Assembly (NCBI GenBank): GCA_963739365.1
Contig: CAVUAG010000003.1
Span: 6,887-70,886, forward strand
Direction: 5' to 3'
DNA from: an uncultured Chloroflexia bacterium
GTDB taxonomy: Bacteria; Chloroflexota; Limnocylindria; Limnocylindrales; CSP1-4
DNA: 64,000 nt
Shown piece after piece: positions 41,664 to 52,175 of the stretch. Below the pieces are notes generated by a model. The model saw nothing but the letters and a program-made list of their open reading frames with translations, was not told the origin of the DNA and did not search any database. How positions within the stretch are numbered: the stretch's first letter is position 1; each line of letters starts with the position of its first letter. Both the position numbers and the translations under genes were made by a program.

Positions 41664-42425
41664 ATGGGCAGCGTGCAGGACCGAGCGGCCATCGTCACCG
41701 GAGCCGCATCGGGGATCGGGCGAGCCGTGGCGCGCCTGCTGGCGGCGGAGGGGGCGCCGGTCGCGCTCGTCGATCTCGACGCGGCGGGCGCTGCCGCGGT
41801 GGCCCGCGAGATCCTGGCGACCGGTGGCCGCGCCATCGCGGTCGTCGCCGACGTTACCGCGGACGCCGACTGTCGCCGGGCGGTGGAGGCCTGCGCCACG
41901 GCGTTCGGGCCGCCCCGCATCCTCGTCAACAGCGCCGGGCTGGTCCGGCGGACGACGGTCGTGGAGACACCCGAGGCGGAATGGGACCTCGTGATGGCGG
42001 TCAACGTGAAGGCGATCTACCTGCTCGGGCGCCACGCCATTCCGGTGATGGCCGCCGCCGGCGGCGGCGCCATCGTCAACGTCGGGTCAGGCTGGGGCAT
42101 CAAGGGCGGTCCGCGCGCCGCCAGCTACTGCGCGTCGAAGGGCGCGGTGGTCAACCTGACCCGGGCCATGGCGATCGACCACGGGCCCCAGGGGATCCGG
42201 GTCAACTGCGTCTGCCCCGGCGACACCGACACGCCGCTCCTCCGCTCCGAGGCGGAGCAGCTGGGCGAGGACCTGGCGGCCTTCCTGGCTTCCTCGGCCG
42301 AGCGGCCGATCCGCAGGCTGGGAACACCGGAGGACACGGCCCGGGCGGTCCTCTACCTGGCGTCCGACGCGGCGTCCTGGGTCACCGGCACGACGCTCGT
42401 GGTCGACGGAGGCGGGCTCGCCTGA
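41664..42425 (+). CDS. SDR-family oxidoreductase
   Basis: TGAASGIGRA, NSAG, YCASKGAV; intact. Confidence 0.75.
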   Translation: MGSVQDRAAIVTGAASGIGRAVARLLAAEGAPVALVDLDAAGAAAVAREILATGGRAIAVVADVTADADCRRAVEACATAFGPPRILVNSAGLVRRTTVVETPEAEWDLVMAVNVKAIYLLGRHAIPVMAAAGGGAIVNVGSGWGIKGGPRAASYCASKGAVVNLTRAMAIDHGPQGIRVNCVCPGDTDTPLLRSEAEQLGEDLAAFLASSAERPIRRLGTPEDTARAVLYLASDAASWVTGTTLVVDGGGLA

Positions 42426-42537
42426 CCGAGCGCAGCCGCACGTGCAGCGCCCGGCCGGGCGCCACGGGAACGGGGTGTTCGGCGTATCGTGGCGCGGACC
42501 AGCCAAGGCCCCGCGCGGGCATCCCCCGAGGACCCCA

Positions 42538-43327
42538 GTGACGGACGAGATCCCGAACCCGACCGCGCCCGATCCGGAGCAGGACCCGCCAGTGCCCGAT
42601 CCGGAGCCGAACCCGACCACGCCCGATCCGGCGACCCCGCGACCGGGGCGCGCGGTGTCGTCGGCGGAGACGCGGCCGCGACGTCCCGACTACCGGGGCG
42701 AGGAGCTGGACCCCGAGCGCGGTCCGGGCCTGGGCTGCTTCTGGTTCCAGGTGATCGTCCTCGGCTTCTTCATCGTGCTGATCCCGATCGGCCTCGAGCT
42801 GAACTGGCCGTTCGAGCTCCTGGCGTCTCCTCCTCTTCGTCGTGATCGGCCTGCTGCTCCTCACGGGGCAGTCGGTGATCTTCCTGCTCCGCCTCGTGGC
42901 CGCGGATCGGCGTTCGCAGGGCCGCCGGCGACCGCTGGCGAGCTCCACGAAGACGGTCGGCGAGATCGAGGACGCGATGGATCCCGCCGCCGCAGCCCAG
43001 CCCGCCGACGCTGAGGCGGCCGTGGCCGTCGCCGAGCCCGAGCCGCGCTCGAGCCCGCCGTGCCGAGCCGCGCCGAGCCGGCCGGCCGACCAGGTCGTCG
43101 AGTCAGCGGCCCGAGCCGAGCCGTCCGCCGACCGCCGACGCCACATTCGAGCCCGCGGAGCCGCGCGGCGGAGATCCGGTCGAGGCGATGGAGCCGGTCG
43201 CGGCGGATGCAGCCGAGGCCGCCGAGCCTGCCGCCGCCGAGCCAGCCGCCGCCGAGCCCACCGCCGAGCCCGCCATCGCGAGCGAGCCGGCCCGACCGGA
43301 GGAGCCCGATCCGGGCGTGCGACAATA
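42538..43327 (+). CDS. hypothetical membrane protein with Pro/Asp/Glu-rich N-terminus, 2 TM helices, acidic Ala/Glu/Pro-rich C-terminal tail (frameshifted)
   Basis: TM core FWFQVIVLGFFIVLIPIGL / LLLFVVIGLLLLTGQSVIFLL spans a frame change at about 42840. The tail AEPAAAEPAAAEPTAEPA ends in TAG at 43327. Confidence 0.35.
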
Positions 43328-43397
43328 GGCCCGACGGCACGTCCCTGGGGCCGCGCCGCGTCGTCCAGCATCCACGCCAGGAGGAGGGAGTCAGCCG

Positions 43398-43751
43398 GTG
43401 CCGGTTCTCGCGACCTTCTTCAATGTCCGTCGTGGCCGCGACTCCTTCTTCAAGTTCTTCATGCGCTCGATCTTCCCGCGCCAGGTCGGCGAGTACGAGG
43501 AGAAGTTCGGGATCAAGTTCCTGGGCTGGTACAACGTCGCGTACGGCTGGGACTACGACAACGTCATCCTCCTCGAGCTCCCCGACTACGCCACGATCGA
43601 CAAGCTCGAAGCCGACGCCGGGACGGCCGCCCTCGGGCATCGCGCCGGCGAGTGGATCTTCGAGCGCCACCACGCGATGTTCCTGCGCGAGCGCATGGGA
43701 CCCGACCTCAAGTACTTCGGCATCGAGACCCTCGGCAAGGACGGCGGCTGA
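43398..43751 (+). CDS. hypothetical protein (small conserved-looking domain)
   Basis: Intact 117 aa; lower-GC, non-repetitive composition (FFNVRRGRDSFFKFFMRSIFPRQVGEYEEKFGIKFLGWYNVAYGWDYDN...). Confidence 0.5.
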   Translation: MPVLATFFNVRRGRDSFFKFFMRSIFPRQVGEYEEKFGIKFLGWYNVAYGWDYDNVILLELPDYATIDKLEADAGTAALGHRAGEWIFERHHAMFLRERMGPDLKYFGIETLGKDGG

Positions 43752-43846
43752 CGGCGGCGAGCCCGACGCCGGCCCCGGACCAACCTCACGACCCACCCGA
43801 CCACAAGACCCGCTCAGCCCGCCTGGATGAAGAAGGAGAGCCCGCC

Positions 43847-44760
43847 ATGGACGTGAACCGCGCCGATCTTCTCGGTGAGCTCGCCCGCGACGCGGCGCTC
43901 GAGCGCTCCGACTTCCTCGCCCAGGCCGGCCGGCAGCTCGATCGCTTCCTGGCCGCGAATGCCGCCCGGATCGACGAGATCGGTGGCCTGACCCTCATCG
44001 ACGACGATCCGGACTATCTCTCGATCGCTCCCGACCTGACGTTCCGCAGCCGCACGCGGTACCAGGACGAGGAGACGGGCGAGTGGATCAGCGAGACGGA
44101 GGTCATCGAATCGGCCGCCGAGCTCGTGGAGCTCTACAACCCCTCGGATGTCTACGCCGCGTTCGCCGAGGCGGCCCGCGAGGCCGCTGGCATGGGGCCC
44201 GAGCCCACGGCCGCCGAGGACCTGATGAGCGTGGCCGGGATCTCGCCCGACGAGACCATCCCACCGCGGGGCGAGGATGCCTACGCGGCGGCCGCCGACG
44301 ACTGGGCGGCGACGCAGCCCGCCGTCGCCGACGACGCGGAATCCGCGGCCCATCGTCTCTACGACATCGCCCTCACGTTCCAGGAGCGGAGCCAGATCGC
44401 CGAGGCGCGCATCCTCGAGCAGTTCGAGGCGATGGTCGGGGACCTGGCCGTCCATCTCGGCGACATCATCGTCGTCGATGATGATGATGAGCGGCTCACC
44501 TTCACGGGCGCCGGCCGGCTCGTCGCCGAGGTCATCCCCGAAGGCGCCGAGCGCGAGTGGCGGACGCTCGGCTCGCCGGAGGAGCTCGTCGAGTTCTACG
44601 ACCCGACCGATGTCTTCGGCGACGTGGCCGACGCGATCGCCGAAGCCTATCCTGCCGTCGCGCCGGAGCCCGACGACGAGGACGACGAGGACGACGAGGC
44701 CGACGAGGCCGAGGCGACGACGAGGCCGAGGGCGACGACGAGGCCGACAAGGACCGCTGA
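43847..44760 (+). CDS. acidic hypothetical protein with internal two-fold repeat
   Basis: GAAGGAGAG Shine-Dalgarno then ATG 43847. Repeat pair ...ELVELYNPSDVYAAFAEAAREAA / ...ELVEFYDPTDVFGDVADAIAEAYPA. Poly-Asp/Glu tail with a likely frameshift at about 44715. Confidence 0.45.
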
Positions 44761-44805
44761 CCCGACGGATCAAGGCGCCCTGGGCCCGACGTTCGGGAAC
44801 GGCCA

Positions 44806-45684
44806 TGCAGCTGGTCGAGGCCGAGCTCCTCGAGAGCCGCCGGATCCTGCCCGGCCAGTGGCTCCAGCAGTACCACGCGCCCGCGCTCGCCAGCGCGACC
44901 CGGGCGGGCCAGTTCGTTCACGTCCGCACGGGCGACTGGTCGGGCCTCGTCCTGCGCCGTCCGTTCACCGTGAACACCGCGGACCCCGCCACGGGCGCCA
45001 TCTCGATCCACTTCCGGGAAGTGGGGAGAGGGACCGCCTGGCTGACCCGGATGCGGCCCGGCGATCGCCTCGACATGCTTGGGCCGCTGGGCCAGGGCTT
45101 CCAGGTGGACTCGCGCAGCCGGCACCTGCTCCTGGTCGCCGGCGGTCTCGGGATCGCCGATGTCCGCCTCCTCGCCGACGAGGCGCTCCGCGACGGGCGC
45201 CACGTCGTGCTCCTCTACGGGTGTCGTGACGCATCCGAGGTCTACCCGAGCTCACTGCTGCCCGACGAGATCGAGTACGTGGTGGCGACCGACGACGGCA
45301 GCGTGGGTCACCACGGGTTCGTGACGGACCTCGTGGAGGAGTACGAGGCGTGGGCCGACCAGGCCTTCGCCTGCGGTCCGCTTGCCCATGCTCCGCGCGC
45401 TGGTGGCCGTGGCGGCGGGACGGAAGGGGCGCCTCGGCGTCGCCACGCTGGGGCGCAAGCGCGGGGGCGGGAAGCCGGTCCGCGTGGGCTCCCCGGAGGC
45501 CCGTCGCAAGGCGTTCCTCCAGGTGGCAATGGAGCAGAACATGGGCTGCGCGGTCGGGGCCTGCCTCGGCTGCGTCGTGTGGGGCGTCGAGGGACCGCAG
45601 CGGGTCTGTCGCGAGGGGCCGGTCTTCGCCAGTGACGAGATCGACTGGGACGCCACCGCCGGTGCCGGGGCCGAGAAACGATGA
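44806..45684 (+). CDS. pyrK: dihydroorotate dehydrogenase electron-transfer subunit, frameshifted
   Basis: FAD/NAD-binding N-terminus (RPFTV...), then shifts at about 45385 to ORF 45382..45684, which carries the 2Fe-2S site CAVGACLGCV. Confidence 0.75.
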
Positions 45685-46970
45685 AACCGAAGCGCCGCGT
45701 GGTCACGCACGGGAAGGGACCGGGAAGCGGGAGCGGCGCGAGCGCCGGGGGGGCCGCGGGCCGGGCGAAGCGGACGCCGACGGTGCGCACGATCAGGAGC
45801 GCGATCGTCGAGCCGAAGGGCGGCCGGTCGGGCGGAGCAGGGGCCGCGGTGCGGTGCCACCGATGCGGTGCCACCGGTGGCGGCGCCGCGGGTGCTCGCT
45901 CGTCGCCGGTCGTGGCCCTCGGCAGCCCCGCGATCGCGCCCCCGGCTCCCGGCGGCCGGCGGTCCGGCGCGCCGTCCGGCTTCGACCCCGCGAGCGTGAA
46001 CCTGGCGGTCGATCTCGGCCGCGGCCTCGTCCTCGCGAACCCGATCCTCGTCGCCTCGGGGACCTTCGGCTATGGGGTCGAGTACGCGGACGTGGTCGAC
46101 GTTCAGCGGATCGGCGCGATCTGCTGCAAGGGCACGACCCTGCGGCCCCGGGCCGGGAACCGGCCACCGCGGGTCACCGAGACGCCGGGCGGGATGCTCA
46201 ACTCGATCGGCCTCCAGAACCCGGGGATCGACGCGGTCCTCGAACGGTACGCGCCGCTGTGGGCGACCTGGGAGGTCCCGGTCATCGTCAACGTCGCCGG
46301 CGAGTCGATCGAGGACTACGTCGGCGTCGTCCGCAAGCTCGACCTCGTGCCGGGCGTGGCCGGGGTGGAGCTCAACATCAGCTGCCCGAACGTGGGCAAG
46401 GGCGGGCTCCAGTTCGCCATCGACCAGGACGCCGCGGCCGCCGTGACCCGGGCGGTGCGCCGGGCCACCGACCTGCCCCTCATCGTGAAGCTCAGCCCGA
46501 ACGTGTCCGACATCCGGCCGATCGCCCGGGCGGTCGCCGACGCGGGCGCCGACGCACTCTCTGCCGTCAACACGCTCTCGGGAATGGCGCTGCGCGCCGA
46601 CCGGACGGGACCGTTCCTGGGCAACACGTACGGCGGGCTGTCCGGGCCGGCGATCAAGCCGGTCGCCCTGCGGATCGTCTACGAGATCGCCCAGGTGGTC
46701 GAGATCCCGATCATCGCGATCGGCGGGGTGACCGGGCTCGACGACGTCCTGGACTACCTCGCGGCGGGCGCGGTCGCCGTCCAGGCCGGGACCGCGATCT
46801 TCGCCGACCCGACGCTGCCGGTTCGCCTGGTCGATGAGCTGGCCGCCGAGTGCGGGCGGCGCGGTCTCGCCTCGTACGGACCCCTGGTCGGGACGGCGCT
46901 CCCGCGGCGACCGGGCACCCCGTCGGCGAAGCGGCGTCGAGTACCGGCCGTAGAGGGGGGTGGCGCGTGA
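45681..46970 (+). CDS. pyrD: dihydroorotate dehydrogenase catalytic subunit (class 1B); start uncertain
   Basis: ATGA overlap with pyrK. The conserved core begins about 45990 (LANPILVASGTFGYG...NISCPNV...). The first 100 codons are Gly-rich and may not be translated. Confidence 0.85.
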   Translation: MKPKRRVVTHGKGPGSGSGASAGGAAGRAKRTPTVRTIRSAIVEPKGGRSGGAGAAVRCHRCGATGGGAAGARSSPVVALGSPAIAPPAPGGRRSGAPSGFDPASVNLAVDLGRGLVLANPILVASGTFGYGVEYADVVDVQRIGAICCKGTTLRPRAGNRPPRVTETPGGMLNSIGLQNPGIDAVLERYAPLWATWEVPVIVNVAGESIEDYVGVVRKLDLVPGVAGVELNISCPNVGKGGLQFAIDQDAAAAVTRAVRRATDLPLIVKLSPNVSDIRPIARAVADAGADALSAVNTLSGMALRADRTGPFLGNTYGGLSGPAIKPVALRIVYEIAQVVEIPIIAIGGVTGLDDVLDYLAAGAVAVQAGTAIFADPTLPVRLVDELAAECGRRGLASYGPLVGTALPRRPGTPSAKRRRVPAVEGGGA

Positions 46971-47445
46971 ACGTCGACGCGCTGGACTTCTACGGGGCGT
47001 TGACCGGTGTGTTGTGGATCGCGCTCGCGGTGGCGATCGGGGTCTGGGTCTGCGCGGCGATCTGGGTGCTGAGCCGGGCGGTCTCGCGGCGACTGGAGCG
47101 CCGCTACCTGCCGGGCGTGATCGCGCTGGAGCCGGCGCCGGTCGGGGCTGGCCGAGGACGCGGGACCGTGGGCCTGCTCCGCCTGCAGCTCCGTCAACCC
47201 GCCCACGACGATCGCCTGCTACCGGTGCGCCGCCGCGCGACCCACCGACGCCCCCGAGCTCCGTGAAGCGGCGACCGACCCGGGCATCTACCATCGCCCG
47301 GGGCCGCGGAACGAGTTCGACCCGTCGCGCTATCGCGGCCCCGGGGCGCCGCCTCCGGTTGCCGACCCGTCAGCAGCGCCGCCCGCCGCGCCCGCCGCGC
47401 CGCCCACCTCGCCGCCCGCGAGGCCGCTGGGAGATCCATCGTGAC
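46967..47445 (+). CDS. small protein with N-terminal TM helix and C-terminal Cys4 zinc-ribbon (frameshifted)
   Basis: GTGA overlap with pyrD. LTGVLWIALAVAIGVWVCAAIWVL in one frame; CSACSSVNPPTTIACYRCAA...* ending at 47445 in another. Confidence 0.35.
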
Positions 47446-47713
47446 CCTGACGCAGCTCGTCCTCGCCTGGCTGCTCGCGATCAACGTCGCCACGGCCGCC
47501 GCCTACGCGTACGACAAGCTGGCCGCACCGCGGGGCGCACGCCGGGTTCGCGAGCGGACGCTCTGGATCCTGTGCCTGGCCGGTGGGGTCGGCGGGGCGT
47601 GGCTCGTCTTCTTCGCGATGCGCCACAAGACGCAGCACCGCAGCTTCTGGATCGTCCAGTCGATCGCAACCGTGGTCTGGGTGGCGATCCTGCTCGGGCT
47701 GGTGCTCGGGTGA
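47441..47713 (+). CDS. DUF1294-family small membrane protein
   Basis: GTGA overlap; AAAYAYDKLAAPRGARRVRERTLWILCLAGGVGGAWLVFFAMRHKTQHRSFW. Confidence 0.6.
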   Translation: MTLTQLVLAWLLAINVATAAAYAYDKLAAPRGARRVRERTLWILCLAGGVGGAWLVFFAMRHKTQHRSFWIVQSIATVVWVAILLGLVLG

Positions 47714-48463
47714 GCTCCGCAGCCGTCCTCGGCTTCCTCCCGAGCCAGCACGGCTTCCGCTTCGCGAACCGCTGGCCCCACGGCCCCACCGTCACGTTCG
47801 GTCCGTTCGACCCGCGCATCCTCGGGGTCGGCGATGCGTCCGCCGGCCTGTGCGGCGGCATGGTGGCCACGGTCCGGGACCTGTTCGAGGCCGGGATCGC
47901 GATCCCGGCCGACGCCGAGCCGCCGGCGAACGGGAGCCCTCGCTTCCGGGCGATCGTCCGACGCCAGGTCCAGTCGCTCGACTGGGGGAGCGTCCCGGTC
48001 CGCTACTGGGACCTCCAGGCGTGCCGGCCCGACCCGCCCCGCGGCCTCGCCGCGCTCCTCGGCCGGGAGCCCGCCCGGATCGTCGCGGTCCGCGACGAGT
48101 GGCCGCAGATCCGCGCCGACATCGACGCCGGGTCGCGCTCCGATCGTCGGCCTCGTCCGGGTCGCAGGCTGGTCGCCCCGGCTCCTCTCTGCGAACCACC
48201 AGGTGCTCGCCTACGCGTACGACGAGGACGCCGCGGGGTTCCGGATCCGGGTCTACGATCCGAACCATCCGGGTCGCGACGACGTCGAGCTGGTCGGCCG
48301 TGGTACCGGCCATCGGAGCCCGGAAGCGAGCGCCCGCGCACCTCGGCCCGACGCGCGTCGGCTCGCCCAGTCGACGGGCGAGGCGCTGCTCGGCTTCTTC
48401 CGCCAGCGATACTCGCGCCCTCGCTCGCTGGCCGGCCTGGAGGTGACCGGGCTCAGCCCGTAG
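47710..48463 (+). CDS. hypothetical protein (frameshifted)
   Basis: Segments across three frames (VSSAAVLGFLPSQHGFRFANRWPHGP...LCGGMVATVRDLFEAG... / ...HQVLAYAYDEDAAGFRIRVYDPNHPGRDDVELV... / ...ALLGFFRQRYSRP). Confidence 0.4.
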
Positions 48464-48473
48464 AATTCCGGCC

Positions 48474-49153
48474 ATGACCACGATCCGGCCCGCCATCGAT
48501 GCCGCCGCCCGAGCCGCCGTTGCCGAGCGCACGGAGGCCCTCTTCCGGCGGGCCGGCGCCCTGAAGGACGGCCACTTCCTGCTCAAGTCGGGCCGCCACA
48601 GCGAGCGCTACCTGGAGAAGTTCCTGCTCCTCCAGGACCCGGCCGTGACGAGCGAGCTGTGCGGCTTCTGGGCGGCCGCGGCGCGCGGCGGAAGGACGGC
48701 ACGCCGCTCGTCGACGTCGTCGCCGGCCCGACGACCGGCGGGATCGTCCTCGCCTTCGAGACCGCCCGCCAGCTCGGCGTCCGCGGCATCTTCGCCGAGG
48801 AGGTCCGCGACGCCGACGGGAACAACGCACCGCGAGTTCCGGCGCGGCTTCCGGATCGAGCCCGGCGAGCGGGTGCTCCTCGTCGACGACATCCTCACGA
48901 CCGGCGGCTCGCTCCTGGCGATGGTGCCGGCGGTCGAGGCGGCCGGCGGCGAGATCGTCGCCTGCTTCGTCATGGCCGACCGCTCCGGCGGGACGGCAGT
49001 GCTCGCCTCACCGACCACGGGCGGCGCTACCCGTGCAGGGGCTCTGGCAGCTCGAGATCCCGACGTTCGAGCCGGGCACCGACGACCTGTCCGCGCTGCG
49101 CCGACGGGACGCCGCTGTACGCGCCGGGGAGCACGGGGACCGCCGCCGGCTGA
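48474..49153 (+). CDS. pyrE: orotate phosphoribosyltransferase, about 5 frameshifts
   Basis: GHFLLKSGRHSERYLEKFLLLQDPAVTSELCGFWA; PRPP motif VLLVDDILTTGGSL; C-terminus ...LWQLEIPTFEPG...CPRCADGTPLYAPGSTG spread over three frames. Confidence 0.6.
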
Positions 49154-49208
49154 CGAGGGGGCCCGGCTTCGGGCCCCCTCGGGCCCGCGGGGCCGCACAG
49201 CGCCGCGG

Positions 49209-49547
49209 TCACCCCGTGCAGGACGTTCTCGCGCTGCAGGACCAGGTGGCCCGCCCATCGGCGTCGAAGGACCAGGCGAACGGCACGTCGAAGAATGGCC
49301 CGACGCGGTCGTCGAGGACGGGGCACCACGCTCCCTGGAAGAGCCCCACCCAGACCACGTGAGCCCTATCCGGGGAGACCGCGAACGGCACGTCGAGGTG
49401 GGGAGCGAGGTTGCGTCCGAACTGCTGCAGCGCCGAGCTCATCGACGCATGTTCCTCGGCCGGCGGTCCCAGCCGGCCGTCCACCATCTCGTCCGAAGCA
49501 GTCCCGTCGGGCGTCCTGACGGCGCGCACGAGGCGGCCCACGCCCAT
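49209..49547 (-). CDS. SnoaL/NTF2-like domain protein fragment (likely frameshifted)
   Basis: VVWVGLFQGAWCPVLDDRVGPFFDVPFAWSFDADGRATW resembles the SnoaL-like beta-sheet half. Confidence 0.3.
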   Translation of the reverse strand: MGVGRLVRAVRTPDGTASDEMVDGRLGPPAEEHASMSSALQQFGRNLAPHLDVPFAVSPDRAHVVWVGLFQGAWCPVLDDRVGPFFDVPFAWSFDADGRATWSCSARTSCTG

Positions 49548-49601
49548 CTGCGCCTCCTCCCGACGGGGAGCCGGGCGACGTGAGCTCGCCCGGACGTCTC
49601 C

Positions 49602-50057
49602 TCAGCGACCGGTCGCCCGCGCCCGGATCAGCTCCGCGTAGGCGGGCACCGAGTCGCGCATCTCCCGCCTGAGCTGGCGCCGGACGAGCGGCCCCGCGAG
49701 CGCCGACGTGATCCGCGACGGGAGCTCGAGATCGACCTCGTCGACCTCGTCGGTGCCGTCGCCCGCCGGCGTCATCGTCTGCGTCCAGGTCACGCGCGGC
49801 CCGCCGTCGTACGTCGTCCGCGTTCGCAGGTACGTCGGGCGCCGCGCCTCGAGGACTTCGACCGTGCCGCCCATCGACCGCCCGAGGAACGTCGAGTGGA
49901 AGCGGTAGGTCGTCCCCGCACTCTCGGGCGCGCCCGAGGGGGGCGACATGTCCTTCACCGACGACATGTACCGCGGTATCAGGGTGATGTCGATTGCGAC
50001 GTCGAAGACGGCCTGGATCGGCGCGTCGTGGTGGCAGACGGTGCGGATGTGCTCCAT
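49602..50057 (-). CDS. SRPBCC (polyketide cyclase/dehydrase, START-like) family protein
   Basis: Intact 151 aa; MEHIRTVCHHDAPIQAVFDVAIDITLIPRYMSSV... Confidence 0.65.
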   Translation of the reverse strand: MEHIRTVCHHDAPIQAVFDVAIDITLIPRYMSSVKDMSPPSGAPESAGTTYRFHSTFLGRSMGGTVEVLEARRPTYLRTRTTYDGGPRVTWTQTMTPAGDGTDEVDEVDLELPSRITSALAGPLVRRQLRREMRDSVPAYAELIRARATGR

Positions 50058-50324
50058 CTCGATCCTCCCCGGCTGGCATCGCGGCGGAGTGCAGCCACGC
50101 GTCAGGCTGCCCGCGATCCGGGCGGCGGTCGAGAGGCGAATGGCCTACGCCACGATCTGGGCTGAGCGCTCCTGCCGTCCGGCACTCGACGGCGGCGACC
50201 CGCGGCGCCTACGTTGGCCGGCGGCGGGACGCGTTGACGCGCGGTCCGCGCACCGGCCGCCGGGACCGCGCCGAGCCACTGGCGAGACCGACCCGCGCGC
50301 AGGCGTCCCGAGGAGAATCGCGCC

Positions 50325-51314
50325 ATGCGCCGCCGCACCACGCTCGCTCTCGTCGCCGGCGGGGCCGCCGTTGTCGTGGCAGCCGGCGCCATCGCCCGCT
50401 CCCGCGTTCGGGGACGCGGACCTGCCATTCCGAAGCCGGTCACCGGCATCTTCCCGAACGGGATGGCCTACGCCCGTTGGGGCACCGGTCCGAAGACGCT
50501 GCTGTTCATCCCGGGCGGCCCCGGCAACGCCGCTCCCGGCGGGATGTCGGTGCGGATGTTCCCACTGCTCCGCCGCCTGGTCGAGGACGGGTACACCGCC
50601 TGGTATGTCGCCCGGAGGCGGGACATGCCGAAGGGCCACACGATCGCCGACATGGCCGACGACTACGCCCGACTGGTCGCGGACGAGCTCGGAGGGAAGG
50701 TCGACCTCGTCGTCGGCGTCTCCTATGGCGGCATGATCGGCTTCTACCTGGCCGCGCGCCATCCCGAGCGCTTCGGTCACATCGCCATCGCCGTCGCCGG
50801 GTACGAGGTAGGCGAGCAGGGCAAGAGCCTCGACTACGACTTCGCCCGACTGATGAGCGAGGGCAGGAACGGCGAGGCCGGGGCCCTGATGGTCAGGAAC
50901 ATGGCGCCCGGACTGCGGGTGCCGGGTGCCGCCCGTGTCCTGGGCGCGGTCATGGGTCGGATCATGGCCGGGGAGGCCCACCCATCATTCGCGAGCGACG
51001 TCATGGTCGAGGCCGAGGCGGAGGTCGCGTGCGACGCCCGGGACGTCCTGCCCGCCATCGCCGTGCCGGTGCTGCTCGTGTGCGGCGACGAGGACCTCTA
51101 CTTCTCGAAGGAGGTCTACGACGAGACGGCCCGGCTCATTCCCGACTGCACGCTCCGGATGTACGAGGGTGCAGGGCATGTCGGGGCGACGCGCGACGGG
51201 CGCTTGCCGCAAGACGTCCTCGACTTCGTCCGGCAGCGGAAGGCGCCAGGGCTGGGGTCAGGCGGGGAGCTGCCGACGGTCCGAGGTGAGCCCGTCGGCG
51301 TGGTCGCGGGCTGA
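50325..51314 (+). CDS. alpha/beta hydrolase
   Basis: Intact 329 aa; nucleophile elbow VGVSYGGMIG; C-terminal GAGHVG. Confidence 0.7.
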   Translation: MRRRTTLALVAGGAAVVVAAGAIARSRVRGRGPAIPKPVTGIFPNGMAYARWGTGPKTLLFIPGGPGNAAPGGMSVRMFPLLRRLVEDGYTAWYVARRRDMPKGHTIADMADDYARLVADELGGKVDLVVGVSYGGMIGFYLAARHPERFGHIAIAVAGYEVGEQGKSLDYDFARLMSEGRNGEAGALMVRNMAPGLRVPGAARVLGAVMGRIMAGEAHPSFASDVMVEAEAEVACDARDVLPAIAVPVLLVCGDEDLYFSKEVYDETARLIPDCTLRMYEGAGHVGATRDGRLPQDVLDFVRQRKAPGLGSGGELPTVRGEPVGVVAG

Positions 51315-51500
51315 TCGGTCCAGAGGCTGCTCGTCGAGCGGTGCAGCAGGCCACTGGAGCGCTCGGGCCGATCGCCTCTCGACGTCGGCGCTTCTCCCGG
51401 CCATCGTGGGCGCGGGCGGCGACCCCCAAGCGTCGCGCGAACGTCGCGCCACCGCCAGCGTCGGCACCGGGTCGACCGCCGTACCGGGAGGGAGCGGGCC

Positions 51501-52025
51501 ATGTTGCAGGAGACCGAGCTGCTGCTGTCGCTGGCGGAGATCGCCGGTGTGTTCGTCGGTTTCGGGGCCCTCATCGCCGTGCGGGGCAGTGCGGCGGGCG
51601 AGCCGCAGGAGGTCGCGCCAATGCGCCTCGTGGTGGGGTTCGGGATGTTGACCGTCATCGCAGCCCTCGCCCCGGTGACCCTCGGCCGGTATGACCTCAC
51701 TGCCCACCAGGTCCTGGCGCTCAGCAGCGTGCTCGTCCTGAGCGGCACCGTGGGGCTCCTGTTCATCTTCGTGCGCGCGCCCGAGTACAAGGCGGCCGTC
51801 GCGATCGTGATGCCGGCGCGCCCGCGGACCCAGAAGCTCATCGAGGACGTCGCCTGGCTGCTCATCGGAGGGGGGTCGGCCCTCGCCCTGGTCGTCATCG
51901 CGCTGGGCGTGGCCCCGGAGCTCGAGGCGGCGCTCTACCTCACGGTCGTCGCGCTTCTCCTGGTGGTCGCCGCCTGGACCCTCCTGTGGCTCGTCTTCGC
52001 GGAGCGACGCCCCGCGAGCGCATGA
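51501..52025 (+). CDS. hypothetical 4-TM membrane protein (paralog A)
   Basis: MLQETELLLSLAEIAGVFVGFGALIAVRG...; intact. Confidence 0.55.
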   Translation: MLQETELLLSLAEIAGVFVGFGALIAVRGSAAGEPQEVAPMRLVVGFGMLTVIAALAPVTLGRYDLTAHQVLALSSVLVLSGTVGLLFIFVRAPEYKAAVAIVMPARPRTQKLIEDVAWLLIGGGSALALVVIALGVAPELEAALYLTVVALLLVVAAWTLLWLVFAERRPASA

Positions 52026-52175
52026 GGCGGCCGCCAGAGTTCGCGGGGCATCCGGCTCTGGCGCCGGATGCCGGAGGCGCGCACGCTGGTGGCGGCGGGA
52101 GGGCCTGGCCTGCGTCGCGATCGCACTGGCGGCGCCGTCAGCCCGGCCGACCGCCGGTCGCGGAGGTGGCGGGAC

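Noticed and set aside
45681-45990. Gly/Ala-rich 100-codon N-terminal extension of pyrD
   Set aside because: Unusual for PyrD and low complexity; kept only as an uncertain start because of the ATGA coupling to pyrK.
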